Origin: Camelus ferus
Taxonomy: Eukaryota
Direction: 5' to 3'
Assembly (NCBI RefSeq): GCF_009834535.1
Contig: NC_045696.1
Location: 60,886,001-60,950,000, forward strand
DNA length: 64,000 nt
The position numbers and the translations under genes were made by a program. Within the stretch, counting starts at the first letter, position 1. Each line of letters starts with the position of its first letter. This document shows, piece after piece, positions 40,390-52,230 of the stretch. The notes below the pieces were generated by a model. The model was not told the DNA's origin. It ran no database searches and saw nothing but the letters and a program-made list of their open reading frames with translations.

Positions 40390-43300
40390 CTGAACTTTCT
40401 AAAAGTAGATGCATGCTTTAGGTGTGTATTCTTTTGTGAACTTCATTCAACATTCGAGTTTCATTCATGTAGCTGCATACTGCAATAGTTCTTTCATACT
40501 ATTCTTCATATGCCTTCACAGTATTCTACTATATTAACGTGCTATAATTTATTCACTTATTCTACTTCTGATGAACATTTTGACTGTGCACTGATCTAGG
40601 AGTGAAAATGCTGTGTAATAAGATATATGCATCTTCAACTTCAAGAGAGAATGCTAAACTGTTTCCCAAAAAGATGGTACCAATTTACATATCCACCAGC
40701 AATGTACAAGGAGTTTTTGTGGCCTCATATCCTTGCTAATACTTGTTGCTGAGATGTTTTAATATGTCTATTATGTTTTAAAGATTTTTTATAGTGGCAT
40801 TTCATTGGGATTTTAATTTTAATTTCCCTGATTATTAATGAGGTACAATAGCTTTTCATATGTTTATTGGCCATCTAGATTTCCTTTTCTGTGTAGTACC
40901 TACTCAAGTCTTTTGGTTTGTTGGAGGTCCTTACAAATTCTGAATATGAGAACGTTGTCAGCTATGTTACAAGTACCTTCTCCAATTCTGTAATTTGAAG
41001 TTTCAGAGTCTTTGTGGTGTCTTCTGAAGAAAGTCTTTAATTTTAATAGAGCAAAAAATTTTATTAATACTTTTCTTTATGGTTAATGGTTTTTACAGTT
41101 TTAAAAGAAATCCTTCCCTACTCCAAGGTCATAAAGATACTCTCTTCTAAAAGTTTTATAGTCTAACCATCACATTTAACCTCCTCAGAATTTATTTTCT
41201 AGTATGACATGAGATAGGAGACCAATTTCATTTCTTCCTACAGGGATACCCTATTAATCCTGTGACAGTTATTGAAAAGACCATCTTCCCCTTACCCCAA
41301 CTATTTCCCTATAACATCTCTGTCATATATCACAGCCTGTTTGGGAGCTCTCTAATTTAATCCATTGCACTACTTGTCTGTCCTTAAGTCAATATTACAC
41401 AATCTTAATTACTATAGCTTTATAATAATTCTTGACATTGCAAACTGACTACACTTCAATAAATAAATAATAATAATTCTTGAAAACTACCAGAGTGTTG
41501 TACTCCTACATTACTACTAGTAGAAGAGGGATCCCTTCCTCTTTGAAGTTCTTCAAGGTGTCTTGGCGTTCCAGGCCTTTTGCATTTCTTTGTAAGTTTC
41601 AGAATGAGCTTGTTATATATCATAAAACACTTGTTTGAATTTTTACTGAGATTGCACTGAATCAAATATCACTTTGGGAAAAAAGACCGTATTTACTTGA
41701 TTTATTCCCAGGTCTTTATTATTTTATACATGATAGATATTTAACCATTAGTTACTCACAGAACTAAAACTGATTTTAATATACTGACTTTGTACCTGGC
41801 ATCTTTGGTGAATCTTTTTATCAGTTTACAAAATTTATCTGTAGATCCTTCTGGATAGCTCTAGATCCAATATTACATAGTTCTGTGAACAGTGAAGGTT
41901 TATTTCTTCCTTTCTGCTATATATTTATTTATTTTTCTCTCTTACAGTGCTGGCTAGGACCCATAGCACAATGTTGAATAAAAACAGTAATTGTTCCTAA
42001 TATCAAAGGTTTTCTATAGATATCCTTTAAATATTAAGGAAATTCTTTCTAGTTCTAGTTTGCTATGAGCTTTTATCAGTAACAAATACTGAATTTAATC
42101 AATCTCTTTTTCTCCATCTATTGAGATGATTACAGGATTTTTTAATTTTATTATACTGATATGGAATTAATTTTACTCTTTATTCCACTATTCTTTCATT
42201 TCATTAGTATAGAATTAACTTTTGTCCTCATTAAAACTTTATTTTATTAGATATTAAATTTCTTTTTTTCCTTTTTTTAATAGAAGTATAATCAGTTTAC
42301 AATGTTGTGTCAATTTTAGTGTACAGCACAATGCTTCAGTCATACATGAATATACATATATTCATTTTCATATTCTTATTTTCTAAAGTTAAATCTTGTA
42401 TTCCTGACATAAACTAAATTTAGCCATGATATATTATTCTTTATATTAGCTAGATTCAGTTCATTAATATTTGTTTCAAGATTTTTGTATATATAATCAT
42501 GAATGAGTTTGGACCATTTTCTTTTCTCATACTAAATTTGTCAGGGTTTGATACCAAGGTTGTACTAGTCTCATAATATTTAGTTTGGGGGCATTCCCTC
42601 TTCTATTGACTGAAAGGATTTATATAGATATCTAATAACTTCACTAGTGATGCCATCTGGGCCTGGAGTTTTCCTTGAAGGAAGATTTTTCACTACTGAT
42701 TGAATTTCCTTAATATTGATAAGACTATTTAGGTTTTATATGTATCTTCTTTAAAAAATATTATTAATTAATTTATTTTTTGTCCAGGGGGGTAATTAGG
42801 TTTATTTATTTACTTATTTATTTTAATGGAGGTACTGGGGATTGAACCCAGGACCTTATGCATGTTAAGCATGCCCTGTACCACTGGGCTATACCCTTCC
42901 TTATATATATCTTCTTGAACCAGTTTTATTATAGTCTAGGAGTTTGCTATTTTTATCAGAATTTTCAATTTTATTACTGTAAAGTTGTTCATAATAGCTT
43001 CTTTAATTTTTTTTAAATGTTTACAGCATCTGTGGGGATCTCTCTATATTTTCATTTCTGACTTTGTTTTTTGTACCTTCTTTCTCTCTTGATCAATCTC
43101 ATCAAAGGACTGAAAATAACATTAGTGTTTTCAAAGTATCTGGCTTCGCTAACCCTATTCATTACTGTATAGTTTCTATTTTGTTAGTTTCTGTTCTTAT
43201 CTTTATCATTTTCCTTCTATTGGGGGGAGAGGTGGTATTATTCTTTTCCTAATTTATTGAGATGCTTAGCCCATTAATTTTCAGACTTCTTTCTTTCTAA

Positions 43301-43990
43301 ATATATGTATTTAAAGCTATAAAATTCCATCTGTACAATGCTGCTGTAGCTATATCTCACGAGTCCTTAAATATATTTTATCAGAATATTTTATTAGAAA
43401 ATATTTTCTAATTTCCATTATGATTTCAATTGTCCCATTCTGTTAGAAATGAATTTCTTAATTTCTGAACATATCAGGATATTCTTATTACCTTATTCGT
43501 TAATGATTTCTTAACATTGATTAACAACAGTACTATGGTAAAAGAACATGTTTTATGTGATTTTAATTCTTTGATATTTGTTTAGATTTCCTTAATGGTC
43601 CACATATGGTCTATTCTCATACATATTCTACATGAGTCTAAAAAGAATGTGTATTCTACATTGGCATAATGTTCTGTTATGTCTATTAGGTCACATTTGT
43701 TTCACTTCATTGTTCAAGGCTCATCCTTAACGGATTTTTTTTTTTTTTTGGCCAGCTTTTTCCTATCAACTGCTGAGAGAGGGGTATATTACAGTCTTCC
43801 ATTATTGTTGCTATCTCATTTATTTCTCTCTGTAATCCTTTAACCATTTCCTTATGTATTTTGGAGTTTTGTTACTAGATACCTACAAAGTTTTAAATTA
43901 TTATCTTCCTAATAAATCAAACTTTTTATAATTCTTAGGTTACCTCTTATATTACTAACACTGTTGCTTGCTTTGAAGTCTCCTGTTTTG
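40390..43990 (-). mobile_element. Long degenerate L1M ORF2 relic with nested younger repeats
   Basis: T-rich plus strand with L1 ORF2-like motifs throughout (GGTACCAATTTACATATCCACCAGCAATG, GCTGGCTAGGACCCATAGCACAATGTTGAATA). Confidence 0.7.
42752..42900 (-). mobile_element. tRNA-Ala-derived SINE (Vic-1-like)
   Basis: Reverse complement of the same head and tail; flanked by near-identical TATAT(G/A)TATCTTCTT repeats. Confidence 0.85.
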
Positions 43991-43996
43991 GTTGGT

Positions 43997-44391
43997 TTGG
44001 TGGACTCACTCTAGTGTGACTTCCATGATCCTGCTCACATCCTTGTATAGACTTGCTCCTAACCATCAGAATAATGCAAAGGTGATATGATGTCACTCCT
44101 TTGGTTATGACTTCCATATGATCTATCTCTGTTGCTAGCTTTGAAGAAGTAAGCTGCTGTAAATTCTATAGCTGCGAAGAAATAAATTCTGCCAACAACC
44201 TGAGAGAGCTTGGAAGCAGATCCTTCCCCAGTCAAGTCTCTACAGAAGAACTCAGCCTTGATCAACACCTTGACTGAAGCCTTGCAGCAGACTAGGCTAA
44301 GCTGTGCATAGAATCCTGATCCAAAGAAACCAGGAAGTTTCTTAAGCTGCTAAGTTTGTGATAATTTGTTACACAGCATAGGAAACTAACA
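43997..44391 (+). mobile_element. MaLR LTR (MLT1-like)
   Basis: Ends TAAGTTTGTGATAATTTGTTACACAGCATAGGAAACTAACA. Confidence 0.7.
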
Positions 44392-46345
44392 GTCAATACT
44401 TCCACAGAGTAACTTTTCCTTTTCTTTTATTTCTAATTTTCTGAATCATTATGTTTTAAATGTGTTTCTTATAAATAGCACAAAGGTAAATTTTGTTCTA
44501 ATTGTCTGACAATCTTTATCTTTTAACTGAAATGCCCTCTATTTAACATAATTACCCAATATATTTGGATTTTTAAAAAGGTCATATTATTTGTGACAGA
44601 TGTAGTTTACTGTCCTTTGAATATCTATGTTCTTTCCTTCTTTCTTACTATTAAAAGGTCAATTGTGGCCAAAATAGCAAAGGGTTTGGCTAGACCACTA
44701 ACTGATACTTCCAATTTTATTCATTATTAAAGTTCAAACTAAGGAAATAAAGACTGATATAAAATTCAGCAACATTTGACTTGGTAACTAAATTGATGTG
44801 GGAAATTCTCACTTATAGGCAGTGTCCTGAGTATATATGCAAACTGAATGTTTTAAAATTACCTCATGTTTTTCTATAGAGGGGAAAAAAAGACTTCTGA
44901 GCTTTTGAGGACTAACTTTGCACAACAATGCCATTAAAATGTTATATATTCACAAATATATTCCTTTCCACTATTTCCTATCACAATACATGATGATTTG
45001 TCCACACAGTTGTTTAAGTCAGACTTTCTTTTTTTCTCAATCTAATCCTATCAACAAACACTGTCAGTTTCTTGGTCCAAATATATCTTGAGCCCATCCA
45101 TTTCTCTTCATTTTCTCTGTCACTAATTCCTAGGATTATTCTAAGAATCAAATCAAATAATGCATGAAAAAATTACTTGATAAATTGTAAAATGCAAAGA
45201 GGTATACACACACACAAAGCCAGCTTCATAGGTTGACAGCAATACAGCAAAAACAAAAATAACCCCCCACCCCTGCTAAATTATAGGGTATTGTATACTA
45301 TGCAATAAAATAAAGCAGAGTACAATAACTTATGACTTTTGGTCACCAAAAAGAAGTAATACTGCTTTATTAATACTTCTAGTTTTAAAAGGCAAAGAAG
45401 CAGTATTACTTCTACTTTGAAAAGGCAAAAAAGGTAGAAAACATTTATTTAAAGATTCACATTAAAATGTTTAAAACAGTTTCTTTATCTTTCAGCGGGG
45501 TTAAATAAGCAGAGAGGTTACGGAATCTTTATGTCACGAGAGTAAGCTTTTGACTTCACACATTTAGATAAGACTAGTTATTTTCACATAAGCCTCCTAA
45601 ATTTCCATCTCTGTTGTCAGTTGTAGGTTGTTTTCCAGACTTTGAGCTCAACTGAGATTTGCCAAGTATTGTAAAAAGCCACAAACTGGATAATATACAA
45701 CTTTGCAATTAAGCTATTAAGTTACTTCTATGTATCATTCCCTGAATGTGGCCTTGGTCTTGCACCAGCGAGTATCTTTTCTTCTAATGCTAGTAATATG
45801 AGCTAACAACTATACCACTCTTTGGCACAGCCCTTGGATGTATCATTCAGTTGAGCAAAGCAGAAAATGCCTATTTTGGAGTGATAAAAAAATGAGAAAA
45901 AAATTTTGGCTAAGAAATATATTATGGAAGTTTCAATTAACTAAAAGAAGTATTTCAATGAAAAAAGTTTTAAGACATTTTGTTTGCAATCATATGTGAT
46001 TATTTACCTTATTCACCAAGAAATTAACTTCAAAGTTAAACTTACCTCAAATACACTGTAAGTTTAAAAATGATATGTTAAAGAAAAAAGCCTAAGAGAT
46101 GGTAAAAAAAGAATCTTCAATATTAATTGAAGGAGGGGTGTTGTACAAGAATGAGCACGTTAGAGTCACAAAGCAAATATTTAATGAGTATCTTAGGAAC
46201 GTGGTGAGTGTTTTGTTCAACTCTATACTTGGCACTTATTAGTGCCATAGTACATAGCACAAAGTAGGTGTTCAATAAAGTATTTGTTTTTAAAAAAAAG
46301 TAAATAAATGAAAGAAACAAAAACTGTGGAATCAGAAACAAGTAT

Positions 46346-46470
46346 GGGGGGAGGGTACAGCTCAAGTGGTAGACTGCATGCTTAGCATGCAGGTCCTGGG
46401 TTCAATCCCCAGTACCTCCTCTAAAAATAAATAAATGAACCTAATTACCTCCCTCCCCCTGCCAAAAGTA
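46346..46470 (+). mobile_element. tRNA-Ala-derived SINE (Vic-1-like)
   Basis: GGGGGGAGGGTACAGCTCAAGTGGTAGA...GGGTTCAATCCCCAGTACCTCC followed by the shared tail. Confidence 0.85.
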
Positions 46471-46609
46471 AAATGAGTACAAATCCTGTCCTCCACCTAT
46501 AGAACATCATCTATAGTAAGACTATAACATAATTAACATACTTGAAAAAGGACCAAAGCACTTTAAACAATTTTTTTGTTTTTAAGAAATACTACATGAC
46601 ATATAGATT

Positions 46610-48456
46610 TTCTGGTCAAGATGGTAGGACCACAAGCTTGCCTCTCCTGGCGACTAAAACAAAACCACAACTGAATGCTAAACAACCATTGAAAAAAGAC
46701 TGGAACCTAGCAAAAAAGATCTTCTCCGACTGGAAACACAGAGGGAACCACAGCAAGACGGCAGAAGGGGCCTGCTCAAGATATAATTGGGCCCCATACC
46801 CCTTGGGTGGGCGACTCACAGATGAAGATTTGTTAAGTCACAGAGGCCCTCCCACAGAAGTGAGAGCTCTAAGCCCCATGTCAGGCTCCCCAGCTTGGGT
46901 TCTGGCATTGGGAAGAGAAGGAGACCCCAGGATGCTTGGCTCTGAGAGCCTCCCAGGACTGGGGGAAACAGAGACTCCATTCGCTTGGGAAGCATAAATG
47001 CAAACTCATGAGCACCAGGTCCAAGGGCAGAGGCAGTGATTTCATAGGAACATGGGCCAGACCCGCCTGCTGGATTTGGAGGGTCTTCTGGGGACATGGG
47101 GGGCGGCTGCAGCTCACTCAAGGGACATAAAAGCTGGTGGCAGAAATTCCGCGAGTGTTAATCTACACGAGCTTTCCTGGAGGCTGATACCTTGATTGGA
47201 TCATTAGCACCAAGATCTAGTCCCACCCAACAGCCTGTAGGGAAGCCTCAGGCCAAACAACATACAGGGTGGGAACACAGCCACACCCATTAGCAGACTT
47301 CCTAAGCCACAAAGGCCTCTAGACACAGCCCTACCCACCAGAGGTCCAGGGCCAAGCTTCTCCCAGCAGTGGGCAGGCACTGGCTCCTCCTGCCAGGAAA
47401 CCTGCATAAGCCTCTAGTCCAGCCTCATCCACCAGGGGCAGATACTAGAAACAAGAAAACAACAATCCCAAAGCCTATGGAAGGAATCCACAAACACATA
47501 GAAAGATAGAAAATATGAGGCAGCAAAGGAATATCTCCCAGGCCAAAGCATAAGATAAAATCCCAGAAGAAGAAATAAGTGATGAGGAGATAGGCAACTT
47601 ATCTGAGAAAGAGTTTAAAGTAATGATGACCAAGATGTTCAGAGAACTCAAGAGGAGTATAGATGCACAGAGTGAAGTTTTTAGCAAAGAGTTGGAAAAT
47701 ATAAAGAATACCCAGGGTTGAAGAATAAAATCACTGAAATGAACAAAACACTTGAAGGAACCAAGAGGCAGAAGAACGGATCAGTGAGCTAGAAGACAGT
47801 TTAGTGGAAATCACTACTTCAGAACATAAAAAATAAAAAAGAATTAAAAGAAATGAGGATAATTCAAGAAAACTCTGGGAAAACATGAAACACACTAATA
47901 TTTGCATTACAGGGGTCCCAGAAAGAGAAGAGAGAGAAAGAACCTGAGAAAATTTTTGGAGAGATAATAACTGAAAACTTCCCCAACTTGGGAAAGGAAA
48001 CAGTCACCCAAGTCCAGGAAGTGCAGAGAGTACTACACAGAATCAACCCAAAGAGGAAGACACGAAGGCACCTAGTCATCAAATTGCCAACAATTAAGGA
48101 TAAGGAGAAAATATTAAAATTAGCAAGAGAAAAGCAACGAATAACATACAAGGGAACTCCCATAAGGTTATCAGCTGATTTTTCAGCAGAAACTCTACAG
48201 GCCAGAAGGGAGTGGCAAGATACATTTAAAGTGATGAAAGGGGAAAACTTAACAAGCAAGAATACACTATCCAGCAAGGCTCTCATTCAGATTTGATGGA
48301 GAAATCAAAAGCTTCACAGATAAACAAAAGCTAAAAGATTTCAGCACCACCAAACCAGCTTTACAACAAATGTTAAAGTAACTTCTCTAGTCATAAAACC
48401 GTAAGAAAAGAGAATAAAAAGAAGAGAGAAAAAGAAAAAAAGAGAGACCTACAAAA
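46610..48456 (+). mobile_element. LINE-1 5' portion: 5'UTR plus disrupted ORF1 (47515-48390), ending in the inter-ORF spacer
   Basis: CAAGATGG YY1-type start; GC-richer UTR; ORF1p C-terminal motifs (RINPKRKTRRHLVIKL, ITYKGTPIRLSADFSAETLQARREW) with stops and frameshifts. Confidence 0.92.
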
Positions 48457-48970
48457 GATTGCTTTGGCTGTTCAGGGTCTTTTGTGGTTCCTTACAAATT
48501 TTGGAATTGTTTGTTCTAGCTCTGTGAGGAATGTCATGAGTATTTTGATGGGGGTTGCATTGGATCTGTGGATTGCTTTGGGTAGTGTGGCCATTTTGAT
48601 AGTGCCGATTCTTCCAATCCAACAGTGCAAGAAATCTTTCCATTTCTTTGTGTCATTTTGGTTTTCAGAGTATAGGTAACCTCCTTGGTTAAGTTTATTT
48701 CTAGGTATTTTGTTGTTTTTGATGTAATGGAAATGTCTCTGCCAGTTATAAATTCCGGTTTTTGAAGTGAAAAAAAAAAAGTGAATGAATGGCTGCAAAT
48801 GGCAAAATATCCTTCTTTTTCTGGGTGAGTTGTATTCCATTACATATATTTATATATGCTGCATCTTCATTATCTATTCAACTATTGATGTACACTTAGG
48901 ATGCTTCCTTATCTTGGCAATTATAAATAATGTTGCTGTTAATAGCAGGGTATATGTATCTTTTGGAATT
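48455..48970 (-). mobile_element. Two inverted L1 ORF2 fragments (about 48455-48730 and 48790-48970)
   Basis: Minus-strand peptide KKWKDFLHCWIGRIGTIKMATLPKAIHRSNATPIKI is homologous to the ORF2 peptide at 61159-61515; second piece resembles the ORF2 C-terminus. Confidence 0.88.
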
Positions 48971-49090
48971 AATTCTTATTTTGTAGTTGGTTTTATTCCT
49001 TTGATAACTATGTAAATTTAAAAAGCTAAAGCTCTATACATTCTTAGAAACAATGAACAGTACATATATGTAAATTTAAAAATACATTTT

Positions 49091-49627
49091 TCAGTAAAAA
49101 AAAATCGACCTATCAAGCCATGAAAGACATGGAAGAAACTTAAAAGACATATTACTAAATGAAAGAAGCCAGTCTGTAAAGGCTACAAACTGTACAATTC
49201 CAACCAAATGACATTCTGGAAAAGGCACAGCTACAGAAACAACAAAAAGATCGTGGTTTCCAGGGTTTTGGGGAGAGAGAGGGAGGGAGGAATGAATAGA
49301 TGGAGCACAAGGGATTTTTAGGGCAATGAAATTATTCTGTATGATACTACAGTGGTGGCTACATGTCATTATGCATTTCTCAAAACCCATAGAATGTACA
49401 ACATCAAGAGTGAACCCTAATGTAAACTATGGACTTTGGTTGATAATAATGTGCCCATGTTGATTCATCGATTGTACCAAATATGCCATAGTGATGAGGG
49501 ATATTGAGGGCAGAGGAGTATATATGTGTAAGTTGGGAGGGCTATATGCAAACTCTTTATATTTTCTGCTCAGTTCTGCTGTGAACCTGAAACTGCTCTA
49601 AAAGAATAAAGTCTATTAAAAAAAAAA
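49091..49627 (+). mobile_element. Older L1 3' end (L1MC1-like) with AATAAA and A-tail
   Basis: Resembles recalled L1MC 3' consensus (CTATCAAGCCATGAAAGACATGG...); AATAAA at 49605-49610. Confidence 0.75.
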
Positions 49628-49648
49628 GAAATACTACATAATCTATAT

Positions 49649-50128
49649 ACAATGGAATATTACTCAGCCACAAAAAGGATGAAATAATGCCATGTGCAGC
49701 AACATGAATGGACCTGGAGATTATCATTCAAATGAAAGCAGTTAGACAGAGAAAGACAAATATCATATGATATCAGTGATACATGGAATCTAAAAAAAAT
49801 GCTACAAATGAACTTATTTACAAAGCAGAAATAAACTCACAGACATAGAAAACAAACTGTTGGTTATCAAAGGGGAAAGGTGGGGAAGGAGGGATAAATT
49901 AGAACTTTGAGATTAACAGATACACACTACTATATATAAAACAGAAAAACAACAAAGACCTACTGTATAGCACAGGGAACTATATTCAATATCTTATAAT
50001 AACCTATAACGAAAAAGAATCTGAAAAAGAATATATATGTATAACTTTGTATATATATGTAATCACTTTGCCATATACCTGAAACACTGTAAATCAACTA
50101 TACTTCAATAAAAAAGAAAAAAAAAAAA
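49649..50128 (+). mobile_element. 5'-truncated artiodactyl-type L1 3' end
   Basis: ORF2 C-terminal remnant (CAATGGAATATTACTCAGCC...GCAGCAACATG), G-rich 3'UTR, A-tail. Confidence 0.88.
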
Positions 50129-50754
50129 GAATGAGGCATAAGACAATTAACTTGCACAAGATGATATAATTAGCTGTTATTAATTTACTCGATTTTGTAT
50201 CTAAAATATGTACCAGTTTATTGTGTGTGTGGGGAAAAAAGAAATACTACACAATCTATATTGAAAATAATTTATTTCCAAAAAAGTATGTATTTAGATA
50301 AAATGAATCAAATTCACCTCAAGGGAAAAACTATTATGTGTATCTATAGTTTTACAGATAAATATTTTATAATTTTTTAAAAAGCTGAAATAGATTACAG
50401 TCATAAAAAGAGTGGTTTAAGTGTACAAAAAATGTCATCACGACTTTTTTCCATTCTGAAGTATATAAAATGTTTTTAATTGATGATATTTGCCTTCCTA
50501 TTAAAAAAAATAGATGTGCATGATATATTGACCTGTTTGCTATGTGGACTCATGGGTTTTCATTTTATTCAATGTTATAATTCATTAAGACTCAGACTTG
50601 ATTATGAAAATGCCCCCTTAAGCTAGATCCTATATCTTTTTGATATGCCATCTTCACTTTCTTTTAGCATTTCCTCATATTCCGGCAAAAGATGTTCCAG
50701 AATTATCTTGCAACTTCTGTGCCCTAGTTCTAAATCAGCTACTTTTCACCCCTG

Positions 50755-51130
50755 TGTAACAGAAACTTCTGTGGCAAGTTAGATTTGTGGAAAGGGGGCA
50801 AAAAGGGAAAGACACCAATCTCAAGAGAAGTTTCAGAATTAATGACTATTGGTTTTTCTGTAAGACACTAAGCTTTGTAGTCGTCTGAGACACAGCAATA
50901 AAAAACAAAACAGAAATTGGTATCTGGAAGTGGAGCGCTGCAGTAACAAAGACCTAAAACATCTGACATTGGCTTAAAACAAGAAAGCAGACAGTGGCCC
51001 TAAGGGGCCTCCATGAGCCTGTTCATGGAGACTGAAAGGCAGTGAAAAAAAAATGCTATTGAAGTCTGGAGAAAAAAGCAACCTAATTCTGCTCTAGCAG
51101 AACAATTAACGGAACTGCAGTAACATGACA
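50755..51130 (+). mobile_element. MaLR LTR end plus start of internal sequence
   Basis: ...CAGCAATAAAAAACAAAACA followed by GAAATTGGTATCTGGAAGTGG, an MLT-int-like start. Confidence 0.5.
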
Positions 51131-51530
51131 GAAGAGCATCTAATGGATTTAACTCACCATAAATACACGTGGCTATCTGTAGTGAAACATGTTAGCTGAA
51201 GTTACAAAATATGTGACAACAAAGATCACTAAATATTAATTTTAAAGATGAGAAAAGGGGTATATGTATTTACATACACGTACATATTTATTTTCCTGTA
51301 ACTTCCCATTTAATTTTTCTCCCCTTACTTATTTTTTGGTATCATTCAATACACTACATTTTTCCTTTTCCAATACCGCAGAGAAAGCAAAATACGTTAA
51401 CTAGCTTAAAAGACCATCTTTGCTCACAAAGAAAAGAACATGAACTTCTGCCTCGAATGGATTTTGGTTTCATATAACACTGGAAAACAAGCTCAATTTC
51501 TGAGTTTATAAATACCATCCTTAAAACTGA

Positions 51531-52230
51531 TCCTTTTGGCCGGAACCACCATCTTCCAGGAGTGGTAGTTCTGCCCTTGGATGATCTAAAACAATCAAAA
51601 CTATTGTTTTGACATTTTGGGAAACAAAGTGAAGAATTCAACTCTAAAAGCCTATAGGTGAATTTCTAGATAAATAATTTGACAAAATGACCAACATAAA
51701 GGGAAGAGGAGAGGCACCCGCTACATGTTCTCTAGGCCTTTTAGAAAACATGGAGTTCTTCCTTTGGTCACATACATGCGAATCTGTAAGAAAGATGATA
51801 TTGTAGACATCAAGGGACTAGGTACTGTTCAAAAAGGAATGCCCCACAAATGTTGCCACCGCAAAACTGTAAGAGTCTACAGTGTTACCAAGCATGCTGT
51901 TGGCATTATTGTAAACAATGAAGGGCAAGATTCTTGCCAGGAGAATTAATATGCATTGAGTATATTAAGCACTCTAAGAGCTGAGATAGCTCCCTGAAAT
52001 GAGTGAAGGAAAGTGATCAGAAAAAGGAAGCCAAAGAGAAAGGTACGTGGGTTCAGCTGAACCACCAGCCTGCTTCACCCAGAGAAGCACACTTCATGAG
52101 AACCAATGCAAAGGAACCTGAACTGTTGGAACCCGAACTGTTGGAACCCATTCCCTATGAATTCATGGCATGATGGTGTAAAGAAAATAAAAGAGCTGGA
52201 CTATGAACAAAAAAGGCAAAAAAAAAAAAA
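51531..52230 (+). pseudogene. RPL21: Processed pseudogene of ribosomal protein L21 (eL21), antisense within LRCH3 intron 1
   Basis: 5'UTR-like TCCTTTTGGCCGGAACCACCATCTTCCAG; CDS remnant 51687-52173 (MTNIKG...[12 protein letters not shown]...EPIPYEFMA*) is intronless with frameshifts and in-frame TGA; AATAAA at 52186-52191; A-tail to 52230; TT|AAAA just upstream. Confidence 0.95.

Noticed and set aside
46542..47450. GC-richer island with several overlapping ORFs (up to 151 aa), a possible promoter or novel gene
   Set aside because: It is the L1 5'UTR directly upstream of ORF1 and is CpG-poor. The ORFs reflect GC content and resemble no protein I recognise. It is not LRCH3 exon 1.
51725..51949. 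74-aa RPL21-like ORF as a functional retrogene
   Set aside because: Frameshifts lie before and within it, in-frame stops follow, many conserved residues are substituted, and it is antisense within an intron.
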